The notes under the pieces: model-generated
What the model saw: only the letters and a program-made list of their open reading frames with translations
What the model was told of the DNA's origin: nothing
Database searches by the model: none
Shown here: piece after piece, positions 32,652 to 43,998 of the stretch
Layout of the letters: each line of letters opens with the position of its first letter
How positions within the stretch are numbered: position 1 is the first letter of the stretch
Assembly: GCA_963814585.1 (NCBI GenBank)
Contig: CAWFDF010000007.1
Span: 1-46,708 of the forward strand
Source of the DNA: an uncultured delta proteobacterium
Lineage (GTDB): Bacteria > Myxococcota > Myxococcia > Myxococcales > Anaeromyxobacteraceae
Length of the DNA: 46,708 bases
Reading direction: 5' to 3'
Position numbers and translations under genes: made by a program

Positions 32652-33891
32652 GGCAGCTCCAGTCCGGCCAGCGCGGCGAGGTCGCCGCAGGCGTTCTGCA
32701 TGTCGAGGAGGAGGTCGAGGTACTCACGGCGGGCGTCGAGCAGGACCCGCCGCGTGTCGATGACGTCGAGGAGGCCCGACTCGCCCGAGCTCGAAGGCGC
32801 GCCCGGTGGTGCGGGCCGAGGTCTCGGCGCGCGGGAGGATCGCCTCGCGGAAGCGGCGCGCCGACGACTGGCCCGCGGCGCAGCCCCGCCAGGCGTCCGA
32901 GAGCGCCGCGGTGAGCTCGCGGGAGGTGGCGTCGAGGCGGGCCCGCTCGCCCTCCAGGGCCGCCTCGGCCTGGCGGATCCTCCCGGCGTTCCAGTTCCAG
33001 AGCGGCAGGGTGATGGCGGCGGTGACGGTGGTGGCGGTCCGGTCGAGCTCCTCGACGTGGGCGCCGCCGACGGTGAGCCCGGGCAGCCTGCTCCAGCGCT
33101 CGGCGCTCACCGCCTCGGAGGCCGCGTCGAGCTCGGGACCGGCCGGCCTGCACGACGGGTGCCTGGTCCGCCAGCACGCGCTCGCTGGAGCTCATCGAGC
33201 GGGGGAAGGGGCGGCGCCGCGAGGTCGGCCTCGACGCGCGCAGACCGGGGCGCCGAGCCAGGTCGAGAGCCGCTGCCGCTGCGCCTCGGACCGGGCGCCG
33301 GACGCGCTCCACGGCCGAGCGGAGCCGCTCATGCTCGATCTCGACGCGCGGCACCTCGGTCGGCCGGGCCTCGCCACGGTCGGCCCGCCTGCGGACCAGC
33401 GCGGCCAGCTGGCGCCACCTGCGCCTCCAGCTCCAGCTCCGACTCCACGAGCGCCTGGGCATGCGACCAGGGCCACGAAGTCGCGGCGCAGGGTCCGCAG
33501 CGACCTGGGCGCGCACCGCCCTGGCCTCCTGCGCGCACGCCGGCTGGCCGCGGCCCTCGCCGACGCCACCCGCGATCCGCGGGTCGCCAGGAAGTCGAGC
33601 GGAAGCTCGACCGCCAGGCCCCACTCCCGGCGGGAGCCGGTCCCTTCCCTCGCGGTCGCCTCCCCTGCGGCGGCGGTGACCACCGGGTTGGGGATCTCCT
33701 GGGCCGACCGGACGGCGCCGGTGGCGCCATCGGCCAGGGCCTCCGCCTCCCGGACCAGCGGGCTGTCGCGCCGCGGCGGCCGCGACCTCCGGCCAGCGGA
33801 GCGGCGGCGCGGGCTCCTCGGCCGTGGAGACGGCAGGGCCGATCAGCAGGATCACGAGCAGGCAGCGCCTGCCCAGCTGGTGTGGCTTCAC
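32648..33891 (-). CDS. czcC: TolC-family outer-membrane factor (CzcC-like; several frameshifts)
   Basis: Signal peptide; IPNP, ITLPLWNWNAGRIRQAEA and ILPRAETSA..RAFELG motifs; TGA overlaps the ATG of czcB. Confidence 0.8.
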
Positions 33892-34015
33892 GACGACCTC
33901 GCGGCGAGCGGTCCGCCCGCGGAGGCGCCGCCCTCCCGGGAGAGGGCCGCGCTCGCGCGAGCGACGGGTGGACGGTGGCCGCGCCGGTGGGGGCGCGGCG
34001 TCGGAGACCTGCGCG

Positions 34016-34343
34016 CTACGAGGCGATGGGGGGACGGTACGGCGGCGCCGGCTCGTGGAGCGACGCCAGGCGGGTCCGCTCGACCCACCGGCCGCGACGC
34101 GCCGGGACCCGCCGGGAGGACGGCCCCGCCGGGCGGCGCCATGACGACCTGCGAGGCGCAGCAGGAGCAGTGGTGCTCGGTGGTCCCGCACCCGTGCTCG
34201 TGACCCAGGTTCCCCAGGTCACCCTGGTCCGCGTCGGAGTGGGCCAGATGGCCCTCGACGGCGTAGTGGACCGCCGCCTCGGCCAGCTCGCCGAGGCCCG
34301 GCGCCAGGCCGGTGATGAGGGTGATGACGAGCAGGAGCCGCAC
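34016..34343 (-). CDS. Small His/Cys-rich protein upstream of czcC (CzcI/DUF2946-like), ending PPYRPPIAS (frameshift near 34090)
   Basis: N-terminal hydrophobic segment, HLAH..HEHGCGTTEHHCSCC, then ..HEPAPPYRPPIAS* in an adjacent frame with TAG at 34018-34016. Confidence 0.7.
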
Positions 34344-34431
34344 GGGCAGCGATGGTAGCGATGCCGCGGTCGCGTGGCAACGTGGGTGGATGTCGTCTCC
34401 GGCCGCAGGCCCGGCCGGGCCGGCGGCCCGG

Positions 34432-34710
34432 TCACGCCGTCCGGAAGGCCCGCTCGGCCGCCAGCACCGTGCCGGACAGCGGGGCGTCGAACGGCCAGCC
34501 GTCCACCACCAGCCGGCAGAGCCGCTCGCCGCGGTCCTTCCTGGGGGGCAAGTCGCCGCTCTCCAGGGCCGAGACGTAGCCGCGCAGGGTGTCCCGGCAG
34601 GTGCCGAGCTGGACCGGACACAGCCCCGCCCGCGGCGCCGCCAGCTCCGCCTCGACCTCGCGGAGCGCGCGCTCGACGAGTCCGCGGGCGCGAGCGATCC
34701 GTTCGGTCAT
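34432..34710 (-). CDS. Small hypothetical alpha-helical protein (92 aa)
   Basis: MTERIARARGLVERAL..LPPRKDRGERLCRLVVDGWPFDAPLSGTVLAAERAF; coding-like codon usage. Confidence 0.6.
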   Translation of the reverse strand: MTERIARARGLVERALREVEAELAAPRAGLCPVQLGTCRDTLRGYVSALESGDLPPRKDRGERLCRLVVDGWPFDAPLSGTVLAAERAFRTA

Positions 34711-34739
34711 GGCCGGACCATCTAGCACCCCAGGTGGCG

Positions 34740-34768
34740 TTGAAACAAGGCGCCGGGCGGGGTAGAGA
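34740..34768 (+). promoter_or_regulatory. Putative sigma70-type promoter of the mqn operon
   Basis: TTGAAA (34740-34745), 17 nt spacer, TAGAGA (34763-34768); the -10 match is imperfect. Confidence 0.35.
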
Positions 34769-34778
34769 TCCGCGCGCC

Positions 34779-36306
34779 ATGCCCTATTCCTCGCTCAGGG
34801 AGTTCCTCGACCGCGTCGAGAGGGCTGGGGAGCTGGTGCGCGTCCGCGAGCGGGTCGAGCTCCGGCTCGACATGGCGGCGCTGGCCGACCGCGCCGCCAA
34901 GCAGGGGGGGCCGGCGCTGCTCTTCGAGCAGCCCTCCTCGGGCAAGTTCCCGGTGGCCATGAACCTCTTCGGCACCCGCCGCCGCACCTCCTGGGCCCTC
35001 TCCTGCCAGGACTTCGAGGAGCACGCCGCCGCGCTGGGCGCGCTGCTCAAGACCGCGCCTCCCAGGACGCTCTGGGACAAGCTCAAGCTCCTGCCCACGC
35101 TCGGCAAGCTCGCCTCGATGGGGCCGAAGCTGACCGGGAGCGGCGCCTGCCAGGAGGTGGTCCTGACCGGCGCCGACGCCGATCTCTCCATCCTCCCGGT
35201 GCTCACCACCTGGCCGCACGACGGCGGGCCGTTCATCACGCTGCCGCAGGTGATCACGCGCGATCCGGAGCTCGGGCTGCGCAACGTCGGCATGTACCGG
35301 CTCCAGGTGCTCGGCCCGAGGCGGCTGGCCATGCACTGGCAGCTCCACAAGACCGCCACCGCCCACTACCGCGAGTACCGGAAGCGCGGCGAGCGGATGC
35401 CGGTGGCCATCGCGCTGGGCGGCGATCCGGCCCTCACCTACGGCGCCTCGGCGCCGCTGCCGCCCGGCATCGACGAGTACCTCTTCGCCGGCTTCCTGCG
35501 CGGCGAGGGGGTGCGGATGGTGAAGGGCGTGGCCACCGGGCTGGAGGTCCCGGCCGACGCCGACATCGTCATCGAGGGGTTCGTCGACACCTCGGCGCCG
35601 CTGGTGCGCGAGGGGCCGTTCGGCGACCACACCGGCTATTACTCGCTGGCCGACGACTACCCGGCCATGGACGTGGTGGCCATCACCCACCGCCGGGACG
35701 CCGTCTACCCGGCCACCGTGGTGGGGCCGCCGCCGGTCGAGGACCAGTGGCTCGGCAAGGCCACCGAGCGGCTCTTCCTGCCGCTGCTGCAGCTGATCGC
35801 GCCGGAGATCGTCGACTACTGCATGCCGGTGGAGGGCGTCTTCCACAACCTCTGCCTGGTCTCGCATCAGGAAGGAGCACCCCGGCCAGGCCAGGAAGGT
35901 GATCCACGGGCTGTGGGGCTCCGGCCAGATGGCGCAGACCAAGACCCTGGTGGTCTTCGACGCCGACGTCGACGTGCAGGACGTCAGCCAGGCGGCCTGG
36001 CGGGCCTTCGCCAACGTCGACGTGCGCCGCGACCTGGTGCTCTCCGACGGTCCGGTCGACGTGCTCGACCACGCCGCCGCCCACTTCGCCTACGGCGGCA
36101 AGATCGGCGTCGACGCCACCCGCAAGTGGGTCGAGGAGGGCGGGCGCGAGTGGCCCGAGGTCTGCGTCCACCCGGCCGAGGTGCTGGCGCGGATGGACGA
36201 GGTCTACGCCCGGCTGGTGCCGGGCGCGCCGCCCATGCGCCGGCCGAGGATCGAGGCCCCGCCGGCCGCCTCCTGGACGCCGAGGAAGGGCGGGACGCTC
36301 CAGTGA
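34779..36306 (+). CDS. mqnL: UbiD-family decarboxylase of menaquinone biosynthesis (frameshift near 35870)
   Basis: GPALLFE, WPHDGGPFITLP, RNVGMYRLQ, EGPFGDHTGYY and GKATERLFLP motifs, then IHGLWGSGQM..GPVDVLDHA..GGKIGVDATRK. Confidence 0.9.
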
Positions 36307-37034
36307 CCGCCGTTCCGCCGGTGACCAACATCCCCCTGCCGGGCGAGGGAATGGGCGGCCAGCGTGGCGGCGCCGTGCGCGCCATGTTCGACCGGATCGC
36401 CCCGCGCTACGACCTGCTCAACCGGGTCATGACGCTGCAGGTGGACCAGGCCTGGCGGCGCCGGCTGCTGCGCGACCTCGCCCCGCGCGACGGCGAGACG
36501 CTGCTCGACCTCTGCGCCGGCACCATGGACGTGGCCGGCCTGGCCAGGCGGAGCGCCCCCGGCCTGCGCGTGGTCGGCGCCGACTTCTCCTTCCAGATGC
36601 TCCGCCTGGGCGTCGAGAAGACCGGGCTGCCGGCCTCGCAGGCCGACGCCATGGCCCTGCCCTTCCTGCCGGCCCGCTTCGACCTCGCCACCGTCACCTT
36701 CGGCATGCGCAACCTGGAGCGGTACCAGGTCGGCCTGGCCGAGCTGGCGCGGGTGCTCAGGCCGGGCGGCCGGCTCGGCGTCCTCGAGTTCTTCCGCCCC
36801 GAGTCGGCGGGCCCCAGGCTGGTCCACGGGCTGTACAACCGGCTGGCGCTGCCGGTGCTGGGGCGCCTGCTCTCGCCCGATCCCGAGGCCTACCGCTACC
36901 TGGTCGAGTCGATGGAGCGCTTCGCCTCGCGTCCCGAGTTCGAGGCGGCGGCGCGGCAGGCCGGCTTCGGCTCGGTGCGCGGCGAGACCCTCTTCCCCGG
37001 CGTCTGCGGGCTGGTCACGGCGGTGCGCTCGTGA
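36303..37034 (+). CDS. menG: Demethylmenaquinone methyltransferase (UbiE/MenG)
   Basis: VRAMFDRIAPRYDLLNRVM..DQAWR, LDLCAGTMD, FGMRNL and AYRYLVESM motifs; GTGA overlap with mqnL. Confidence 0.9.
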   Translation: MTAVPPVTNIPLPGEGMGGQRGGAVRAMFDRIAPRYDLLNRVMTLQVDQAWRRRLLRDLAPRDGETLLDLCAGTMDVAGLARRSAPGLRVVGADFSFQMLRLGVEKTGLPASQADAMALPFLPARFDLATVTFGMRNLERYQVGLAELARVLRPGGRLGVLEFFRPESAGPRLVHGLYNRLALPVLGRLLSPDPEAYRYLVESMERFASRPEFEAAARQAGFGSVRGETLFPGVCGLVTAVRS

Positions 37035-37621
37035 AGCTGGTGGTCGCCGTCAGCGGCGCCACCGGCGCCCCCTACGCCAGGCGGCTGCTCGACTTCCTGG
37101 CCGAGCACGGGAAGGCCCACGGCGTCGAGGTGGACCTGGTCTTCACCACCACCGGCAGGCAGGTCTGGTCCCAGGAGATCGGCGGGTCGCCGCGCTACCC
37201 GTTCAAGAGCTGGAGCAACCACGACTTCACCGCCCCCTTCGCCTCGGGCTCGTCGCAGTACGACGCCATGGTGGTGATCCCCTGCTCGGCCGGGCAGCTG
37301 GCGCGCATCGCCCACGGCCTCTCGGTCGACCTGGTGGGGCGGGCCGCCGACGTCATGCTCAAGGAGCAGCGCCGGCTGGTGCTGGTCCTGCGCGAGACGC
37401 CCATCTCGCTGGTGCACGCCAGGGCCATCACCCAGGTGATCGAGGCCGGGGCGGTGGTGATGCCGGCCTCGCCCTCCTTCTACTCCGGCCCGAAGACCAT
37501 CGAGGCGCTGGTGGACACCGTGGTGGCGCGGGTCCTCGACCGCATCGGCCTGCCCAACCAGCTGATGAAGCGCTGGACCGGGCTCGAGCCGCTCCCGCCC
37601 GACCCCACGGAGGTTCCCTGA
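37031..37621 (+). CDS. mqnM: UbiX-family flavin prenyltransferase
   Basis: VSGATGAPY, FASGS, IPCS, RAADVMLKE..LVLRETP and PASPSFY motifs. Confidence 0.92.
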   Translation: MKLVVAVSGATGAPYARRLLDFLAEHGKAHGVEVDLVFTTTGRQVWSQEIGGSPRYPFKSWSNHDFTAPFASGSSQYDAMVVIPCSAGQLARIAHGLSVDLVGRAADVMLKEQRRLVLVLRETPISLVHARAITQVIEAGAVVMPASPSFYSGPKTIEALVDTVVARVLDRIGLPNQLMKRWTGLEPLPPDPTEVP

Positions 37622-37622
37622 C

Positions 37623-38799
37623 ATGATCTCCACCCTGGCTCGCCGGGCGCTCGAGCGCGACGGCCTCGGCCCCATCGCCGACAAGGTGCTGGCCGGGCAG
37701 CGACTCGGCGACGCCGACGCCCTGCGGCTCTTCGAGGCGCCGGATCTCGCCGCGGTGGGGGCGCTCGCCAACCACGTGCGGGAGGCCCGCCACGGCAACC
37801 TGGCCTTCTACAACCGCAACGTCCACCTCAACCCGACCAACGTCTGCGTCGCCACCTGCAAGTTCTGCTCGTTCGCCCGCAAGGACGACCAGCAGGCCTC
37901 CGAGGGCTACACCATGTCCCTCGACGAGGCGGTGGAGAAGGTGCTCTCGAAGCGCGCCCTCGGCATCACCGAGGTCCACATCGTGGCCGGGCTCCACCCC
38001 ACGCTGCCCTGGGACTACTACACCGGCCTGCTGCGGCGCATCCGGGCGGCCTGGCCGGAGCTGGCCATCAAGGCCTTCACCGCCATCGAGTACCACTACT
38101 GGGCGGAGAAGTTCGGCATGAGCTACCAGCAGGTGCTCACCGAGCTGCGCGACGCCGGCCTCACCACCATCCCCGGCGGCGGCGCCGAGATCTTCGCGCC
38201 GCGGGTGCGCCGAAAGATCTGCGACGACAAGGCCACCGCCGACCAGTGGATCGAGATCCACCGGACCGCGCACCGGCTCGGCATCCGGTCGAACGCCACC
38301 ATGCTCTACGGCCACATCGAGCGGCTCGACGAGCGCGTCGACCACATGCGCCGGCTGCGCGAGCTGCAGGACGAGACCCACGGGTTCCAGGTCTTCATCC
38401 CGCTGGCCTTCCACCCCGAGCACAACATGATCGGCAAGGCCTACCCCAAGCCGACCGGCTACGACGCCCTCCGCACCGCCGCGGTGGCGCGGCTCTACCT
38501 CGACAACTTCGACCACATGAAGGCCTACTGGGTCTCGATGGGCGAGCGGCTGGCGCAGGTGGCGCTCGGCTTCGGCGTCGACGACCTCGACGGCACCGTG
38601 CTCGAGGAGCGCATCTACCACATGGCCGGCTCGACGGTGCCGCAGGCGCTCAGCGAGCGGGCGCTGCACGACCTGATCCGCGCCGCCGGCCGCGTGCCGG
38701 CCGAGCGCGACTCCCTCTACAACGTCCTCGAGGTCCACCGGGCAGCCGCTCCCCCCGGCGGCGCCGCCGCCCCCGCGGCGCTCCGTGGTCCCCGCCTGA
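37623..38799 (+). CDS. mqnE: Aminofutalosine synthase (radical SAM); probable frameshift near 38740
   Basis: HLNPTNVCVATCKFCSF, EVHIVAGLHP, IKAFTAIE, PGGGAEIF, SNATMLYGHIE, HMKAYW and ERIYHMAG motifs; likely true end ..VVPA* at 38799. Confidence 0.9.
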
Positions 38800-38813
38800 G
38801 CCAGGATCCCCGC

Positions 38814-40689
38814 ATGCCGAAGCTCAAGGCCGCCGCCGTCTCCTTCCTCAACGCCTGGCCCCTCACCGAGGGGCTGGATCGCTCGGATCGCATCGAGCTG
38901 GTCCTGGCCGAGCCGTCCCGCTGCGCCGCCATGCTCGAGGCCGGCGAGGTCGACCTGGCGCTGGTCTCGGTGGCGGCCCTCACCAAGGGGAGCTACGAGA
39001 TCGTCCCGGGCATCGCCATCGGCGCCGACGGCCCGGTGCAGACGGTGCTGCTGGCCGGCGAGCAGCCGGCCGCCACCTGGGACGAGGTCTTCCTCGACAC
39101 CGCCTCCCGCACCTCGCACGTGCTGGCCAAGCTCGTCCTCGACGACATGGGGGTCCACCCCACCTTCACGCCGCTGCCGGCCGTCGAGGGGCTGGCGCGC
39201 GCCACCGGCCGCAAGGGGGCGCTGGTCATCGGCGACCGCGCCTTCGACGTCAAGAAGGGCCAGGTTCTCGACCTGGGGCGCGAGTGGAACCAGCGCACCG
39301 GCCTGCCCCTGGTCTTCGCGCTCTGGGCGGCGCACCCCGGGCGCGTCACCCCCGAGGACGTGCAGGAGCTGACCCGGGCCGCGCAGCACGGGCTCGGCCT
39401 GCGCACCGAGCTGGCCCAGCGCTTCGCCGCGACAGCGGGGCGGGGACCCGGAGCGCTACCGGCGCTACCTGACGCAGCGGATCCGCTACGGCCTCGGGCC
39501 GCACGAGCTGACCGGGCTGGAGGCCTTCCTCGACCGGGCCGAGCAGAAGGGCTTCCTGCCGCACATCCCGCTGCGCTTCGTGGACGACGTGGTGCGCACC
39601 AGGCGGGTGCGCCGCCAGGTCTCGCTCGACACCGCGCTGCAGAAGGGGGCGGCCGGCGAGCGCCTCGACGCCGACGAGGCCGAGCTGCTCGACGAGAAGG
39701 CGCCGCTGCTGGAGCTGGGGCTGGCCGCCGACGCCCGCCGCCGCGCCCTCCACCCCGACGGCGTGGTCACCTACATCGTCTCGCGCAACGTCAACTACAC
39801 CAACGTCTGCACCACGGCCTGCCACTTCTGCGCCTTCTACCGGCCGCGGGGCCACCAGGAGTCCTACGTCCTCTCCCGCGAGGAGCTGACCCGCAAGATC
39901 GACGAGACGGTGGCGCTGGGAGGCATCGAGATCCTCCTCCAGGGCGGCCTGCACCCGGACCTCGGCATCGAGTGGTACGAGGAGCTCTTCCGCTGGGTGA
40001 AGTCGAAGTGGCCCATGATCAACCTGCACGCCCTCTCGCCCGAGGAGATCTGGCACATCGCCCGGACCAGCGACCTGGCGCTGGAGGCGTGCATCGGCCG
40101 GCTCATCGCCTCCGGGCTCGACTCCATCCCCGGCGGCGGCGCCGAGATCCTCGACGACGACGTGCGCCGCCGCATCGCACCGCTCAAGTGCTCGACCGAC
40201 GAGTGGCTGGTGGTGATGAAGGCGGCCCACCTGCAGGGGCTGAAGAGCACCGCCACCATGATGTTCGGCGTCGGCGAGGAGCCGCGCCACCGGGTCAGCC
40301 ACCTGCTGCGGCTCCGCGAGCTGCAGGACCAGACCGGGGGCTTCACCGCCTTCATCTGCTGGCCCTTCCAGCCGGCCCACACCAGGCTGGCGCCCGGCGA
40401 CGGCAGCGCCCACGCCTACCTGCGGGTCAACGCCGTCTCGCGGCTGGTGCTCGACAACGTCCCCAACCTGCAGGCCTCCTGGGTCACCATGGGGGGCGGC
40501 GTGGCCCAGGCCTCGCTCCACATGGGCTGCAACGACTTCGGCTCGGTGATGATCGAGGAGAACGTGGTCTCCGCCGCCGGCACCACCTTCCAGATGGACT
40601 CGGAGGAGGTGGAGCGGCACATCCGCGACGCCGGCTTCGAGGCGGTGCGGCGCAACATGCGCTACGACCGGCTCCCGGGCGCGGCGTGA
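38814..40689 (+). CDS. mqnA-mqnC: Fusion of chorismate dehydratase (MqnA) and cyclic dehypoxanthinyl futalosine synthase (MqnC); frameshift near 39435
   Basis: N-terminal VSFLNAWPL, GPVQTV, SRTS, LVIGDRA and DLGREW..TGLPLVFALW motifs; the MqnA tail YLTQRIRYGLGPHELTGLEAF is in frame with RNVNYTNVCTTACHFCAF, LLQGGLHP and DFGSVMIEENVVSAAG. Confidence 0.85.
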
Positions 40690-41906
40690 CCAGGCTGGTC
40701 TCGGCGCCGTGGGTGCTCCTCGGGGCGCCGGCTCCGGGCGGCGCGGTGCCGGTGGCGCTGCGAGACGGCGCGGTGGCCCTCGACGGCGACACGGTGGTGG
40801 CGGTCGGCCCGGCGGCGGGGCTGGCCGCCCGCTTCGGCCCGGCCGAGCGGCTCGACGCGGTGCTCCTGCCGGCGCTGGTGAACGCCCACCTGCACCTCGA
40901 GCTCTCCCACCTGGCCGGCGCGGTCCCGGGTGGCGACGGGCTACCGGCCTGGATCGGGACCGTCGTGAGGGCCCGCCTCGCCGCCGACGCCGCGCTGGCG
41001 GCGCCGGCCATGGCGCGCGCCGCGGCCCAGCTGGTCGAGGCCGGCGTGGCCGCGGTCGGCGACGTCTCCAACACCCTCGACTCGCTGGAGCCGCTGGAGG
41101 CGGCCGGGCTGGTCGGGACCGTCTTCCACGAGGTCTTCGGCGCCGCCCCCTCCCGCCTCGCCGCGGCCCGCGAGGCCGCCCGCGCCCGCCGCGCCGCGGC
41201 CCGCCCCGGCGCCGGCTGGCACGTGGTGGAGAGCCCGCACGCCGTCTACTCCACCGATCCGGCCGGCCTCCTCGACCTGCTGGCCGGGCCGCCCGCCTCG
41301 CTCCACCTCGCCGAGGATCCGGCCGAGCGCGAGTTCGTCGCCACCGGCGGCGGCCCGCTGGCGGCGCTGCGGGCCCGCCTGGGCGGGCCCCCGGGCCAGC
41401 CTGGCTGGGCCCGGTCGGCGGTGGCGCTGGCGGCCCCCTGGCTGAAGGCCGGGTGGCTGGCCGTCCACCTGGTCGACCTCGACGACGCCGATCTGGCGGC
41501 GCTGGCCGCCTGCGGCGCCACCGCCGTCCTGTGTCCGCGCTCCAACCTCCACATCGGCGGTGCGTTCCCGCCGCTGGCCCGCCTGCTGGCCGCGCGCATC
41601 CCGCTGGCGATCGGCACCGACTCGCTCGCCTCCTCGCCGTCGCTGGCGCCCCTGGCCGAGCTGGGCGCGCTCCACGACGCCGATCCGGCCGTCCCCGCCA
41701 GTGCGCTCCTGCCCCTCGGCTGGAACGGCGAGGCGGTCGGCGCGCCGGCGGTGGGCCGGCTCGCCCCGGGCCGCGCCCCGGGCCTGCTGGCCGCACCGCT
41801 CGACGGCGCCCGCGTCGACGATCCCTTCCTCTTCCTCGTCACCGGCCCCGAGCCGCTCGGCCGCCGCGTCGAGTGGCTGGCGCGCCACCGCCCGGAGGCC
41901 TCGTGA
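40686..41906 (+). CDS. Amidohydrolase, probable aminodeoxyfutalosine deaminase (MqnF-like)
   Basis: LVNAHLHLELS, VGDVSN, SPHAVYS, HLAE, CPRSN and IGTDSLASS motifs; embedded in the mqn operon through GTGA overlaps. Confidence 0.8.
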   Translation: MTRLVSAPWVLLGAPAPGGAVPVALRDGAVALDGDTVVAVGPAAGLAARFGPAERLDAVLLPALVNAHLHLELSHLAGAVPGGDGLPAWIGTVVRARLAADAALAAPAMARAAAQLVEAGVAAVGDVSNTLDSLEPLEAAGLVGTVFHEVFGAAPSRLAAAREAARARRAAARPGAGWHVVESPHAVYSTDPAGLLDLLAGPPASLHLAEDPAEREFVATGGGPLAALRARLGGPPGQPGWARSAVALAAPWLKAGWLAVHLVDLDDADLAALAACGATAVLCPRSNLHIGGAFPPLARLLAARIPLAIGTDSLASSPSLAPLAELGALHDADPAVPASALLPLGWNGEAVGAPAVGRLAPGRAPGLLAAPLDGARVDDPFLFLVTGPEPLGRRVEWLARHRPEAS

Positions 41907-42763
41907 ACCTCGCCGCCCTGGCCCGCATGGTGAGGCTGTCGCACTCCCTCTTCGCGCTGCCCTTCGTGGCGGCGGCGGTGGTGCTGGTGGCGCGCGACGC
42001 CCGGCTCGACGCCGTCCGGCTCGGCCTGGTGGCCCTCTGCGTGGTGGCGGCCCGCACCGCCGCCATGGCCATGAACCGGATCGCCGACCGGCGCTTCGAC
42101 GCCCTGAACCCGCGGACCGCGAGGCGCGAGCTGGTGACCGGGGAGGTCTCGCCGGCCGCGGCCTGGGCGCTGCTGCTCGGGGCCTGCGGCGCCTTCGTGC
42201 TCGGCGCCGCGATCATCTCGCCGCTCACCGGCTGGCTGGCGGCCCCGGTGCTGGCCATCCTGCTCGGCTACTCCTTCTCGAAGCGCTTCACCTGGGCCTG
42301 CCACCTCTGGCTGGGGGTGGCCCAGATGCTCGCCCCCATCGGCGTGGCCATCGCCCTCACCGGATCGGCGCCCCTCCCCTCCATCGTCCTCGGCCTCGGG
42401 GTGGGGGCGTGGATCGCCGGCTTCGACCTCTTCTGGTCGCTGCAGGACGTCGACTTCGATCGCGGGGCCGGCCTCCACTCCATCCCGGCCCGCTTCGGCG
42501 TGGCCGGGGCGCTGGCCTGGGCAAGGGGCCTCCACCTGCTGGCGGTGGCGGCGGTGACCGCCGCCGGCCCGCTGGCCGGCCGCGGGCCGCTCTGGCTGGT
42601 GGGGAGCGCCGTGCTGGCGGCCGTCCTCCTCCTGGAGCACCGCCACGTGGCGCCCGGCGGCGTGCTCGACCCATCCCGGCTCAACGTCGCCTTCTTCGAC
42701 TACAACGCCTTCGCCTCGGTGGCCTTCGCCGCCTGCGCGCTCGGCGACCTCTGGATGGGGTGA
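41903..42763 (+). CDS. mqnP: UbiA-family prenyltransferase of the futalosine pathway
   Basis: HSLFALPF, ARTAAMAMNRIADRRFDALNPRTARREL, YSFSKRFT and WIAGFD..LQDVDFD..LHSIPARFG motifs; multiple TM helices. Confidence 0.9.
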   Translation: MNLAALARMVRLSHSLFALPFVAAAVVLVARDARLDAVRLGLVALCVVAARTAAMAMNRIADRRFDALNPRTARRELVTGEVSPAAAWALLLGACGAFVLGAAIISPLTGWLAAPVLAILLGYSFSKRFTWACHLWLGVAQMLAPIGVAIALTGSAPLPSIVLGLGVGAWIAGFDLFWSLQDVDFDRGAGLHSIPARFGVAGALAWARGLHLLAVAAVTAAGPLAGRGPLWLVGSAVLAAVLLLEHRHVAPGGVLDPSRLNVAFFDYNAFASVAFAACALGDLWMG

Positions 42764-42807
42764 GCGGCTTGCCCGGGCGAGCGGGAGGAGGGTAAACAGG
42801 CCCTCCC

Positions 42808-43935
<1,128 letters not shown>

Positions 43936-43998
43936 TGCCCCGACCCAGGCAAGGTGCCTCCTGCGAGAGCCGATCCTCTCGGGGCGGCAGGCGGCCTC

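Noticed and set aside
34374..37034. 886-aa ORF suggesting a UbiD-UbiE fusion
   Set aside because: The UbiD C-terminus is in another frame ending at 36306 and overlaps the menG GTG; this is a frameshift artefact.
37623..41906. 1427-aa ORF suggesting an MqnE-MqnA-amidohydrolase mega-fusion
   Set aside because: The MqnE-MqnA linker uses atypical A/T-ending codons, whereas the shifted frame gives G/C-ending codons, a stop at 38799, then AGGA and ATG at 38814; the middle of the ORF is off-frame over mqnC. A real MqnE-MqnA read-through cannot be fully excluded without polishing.
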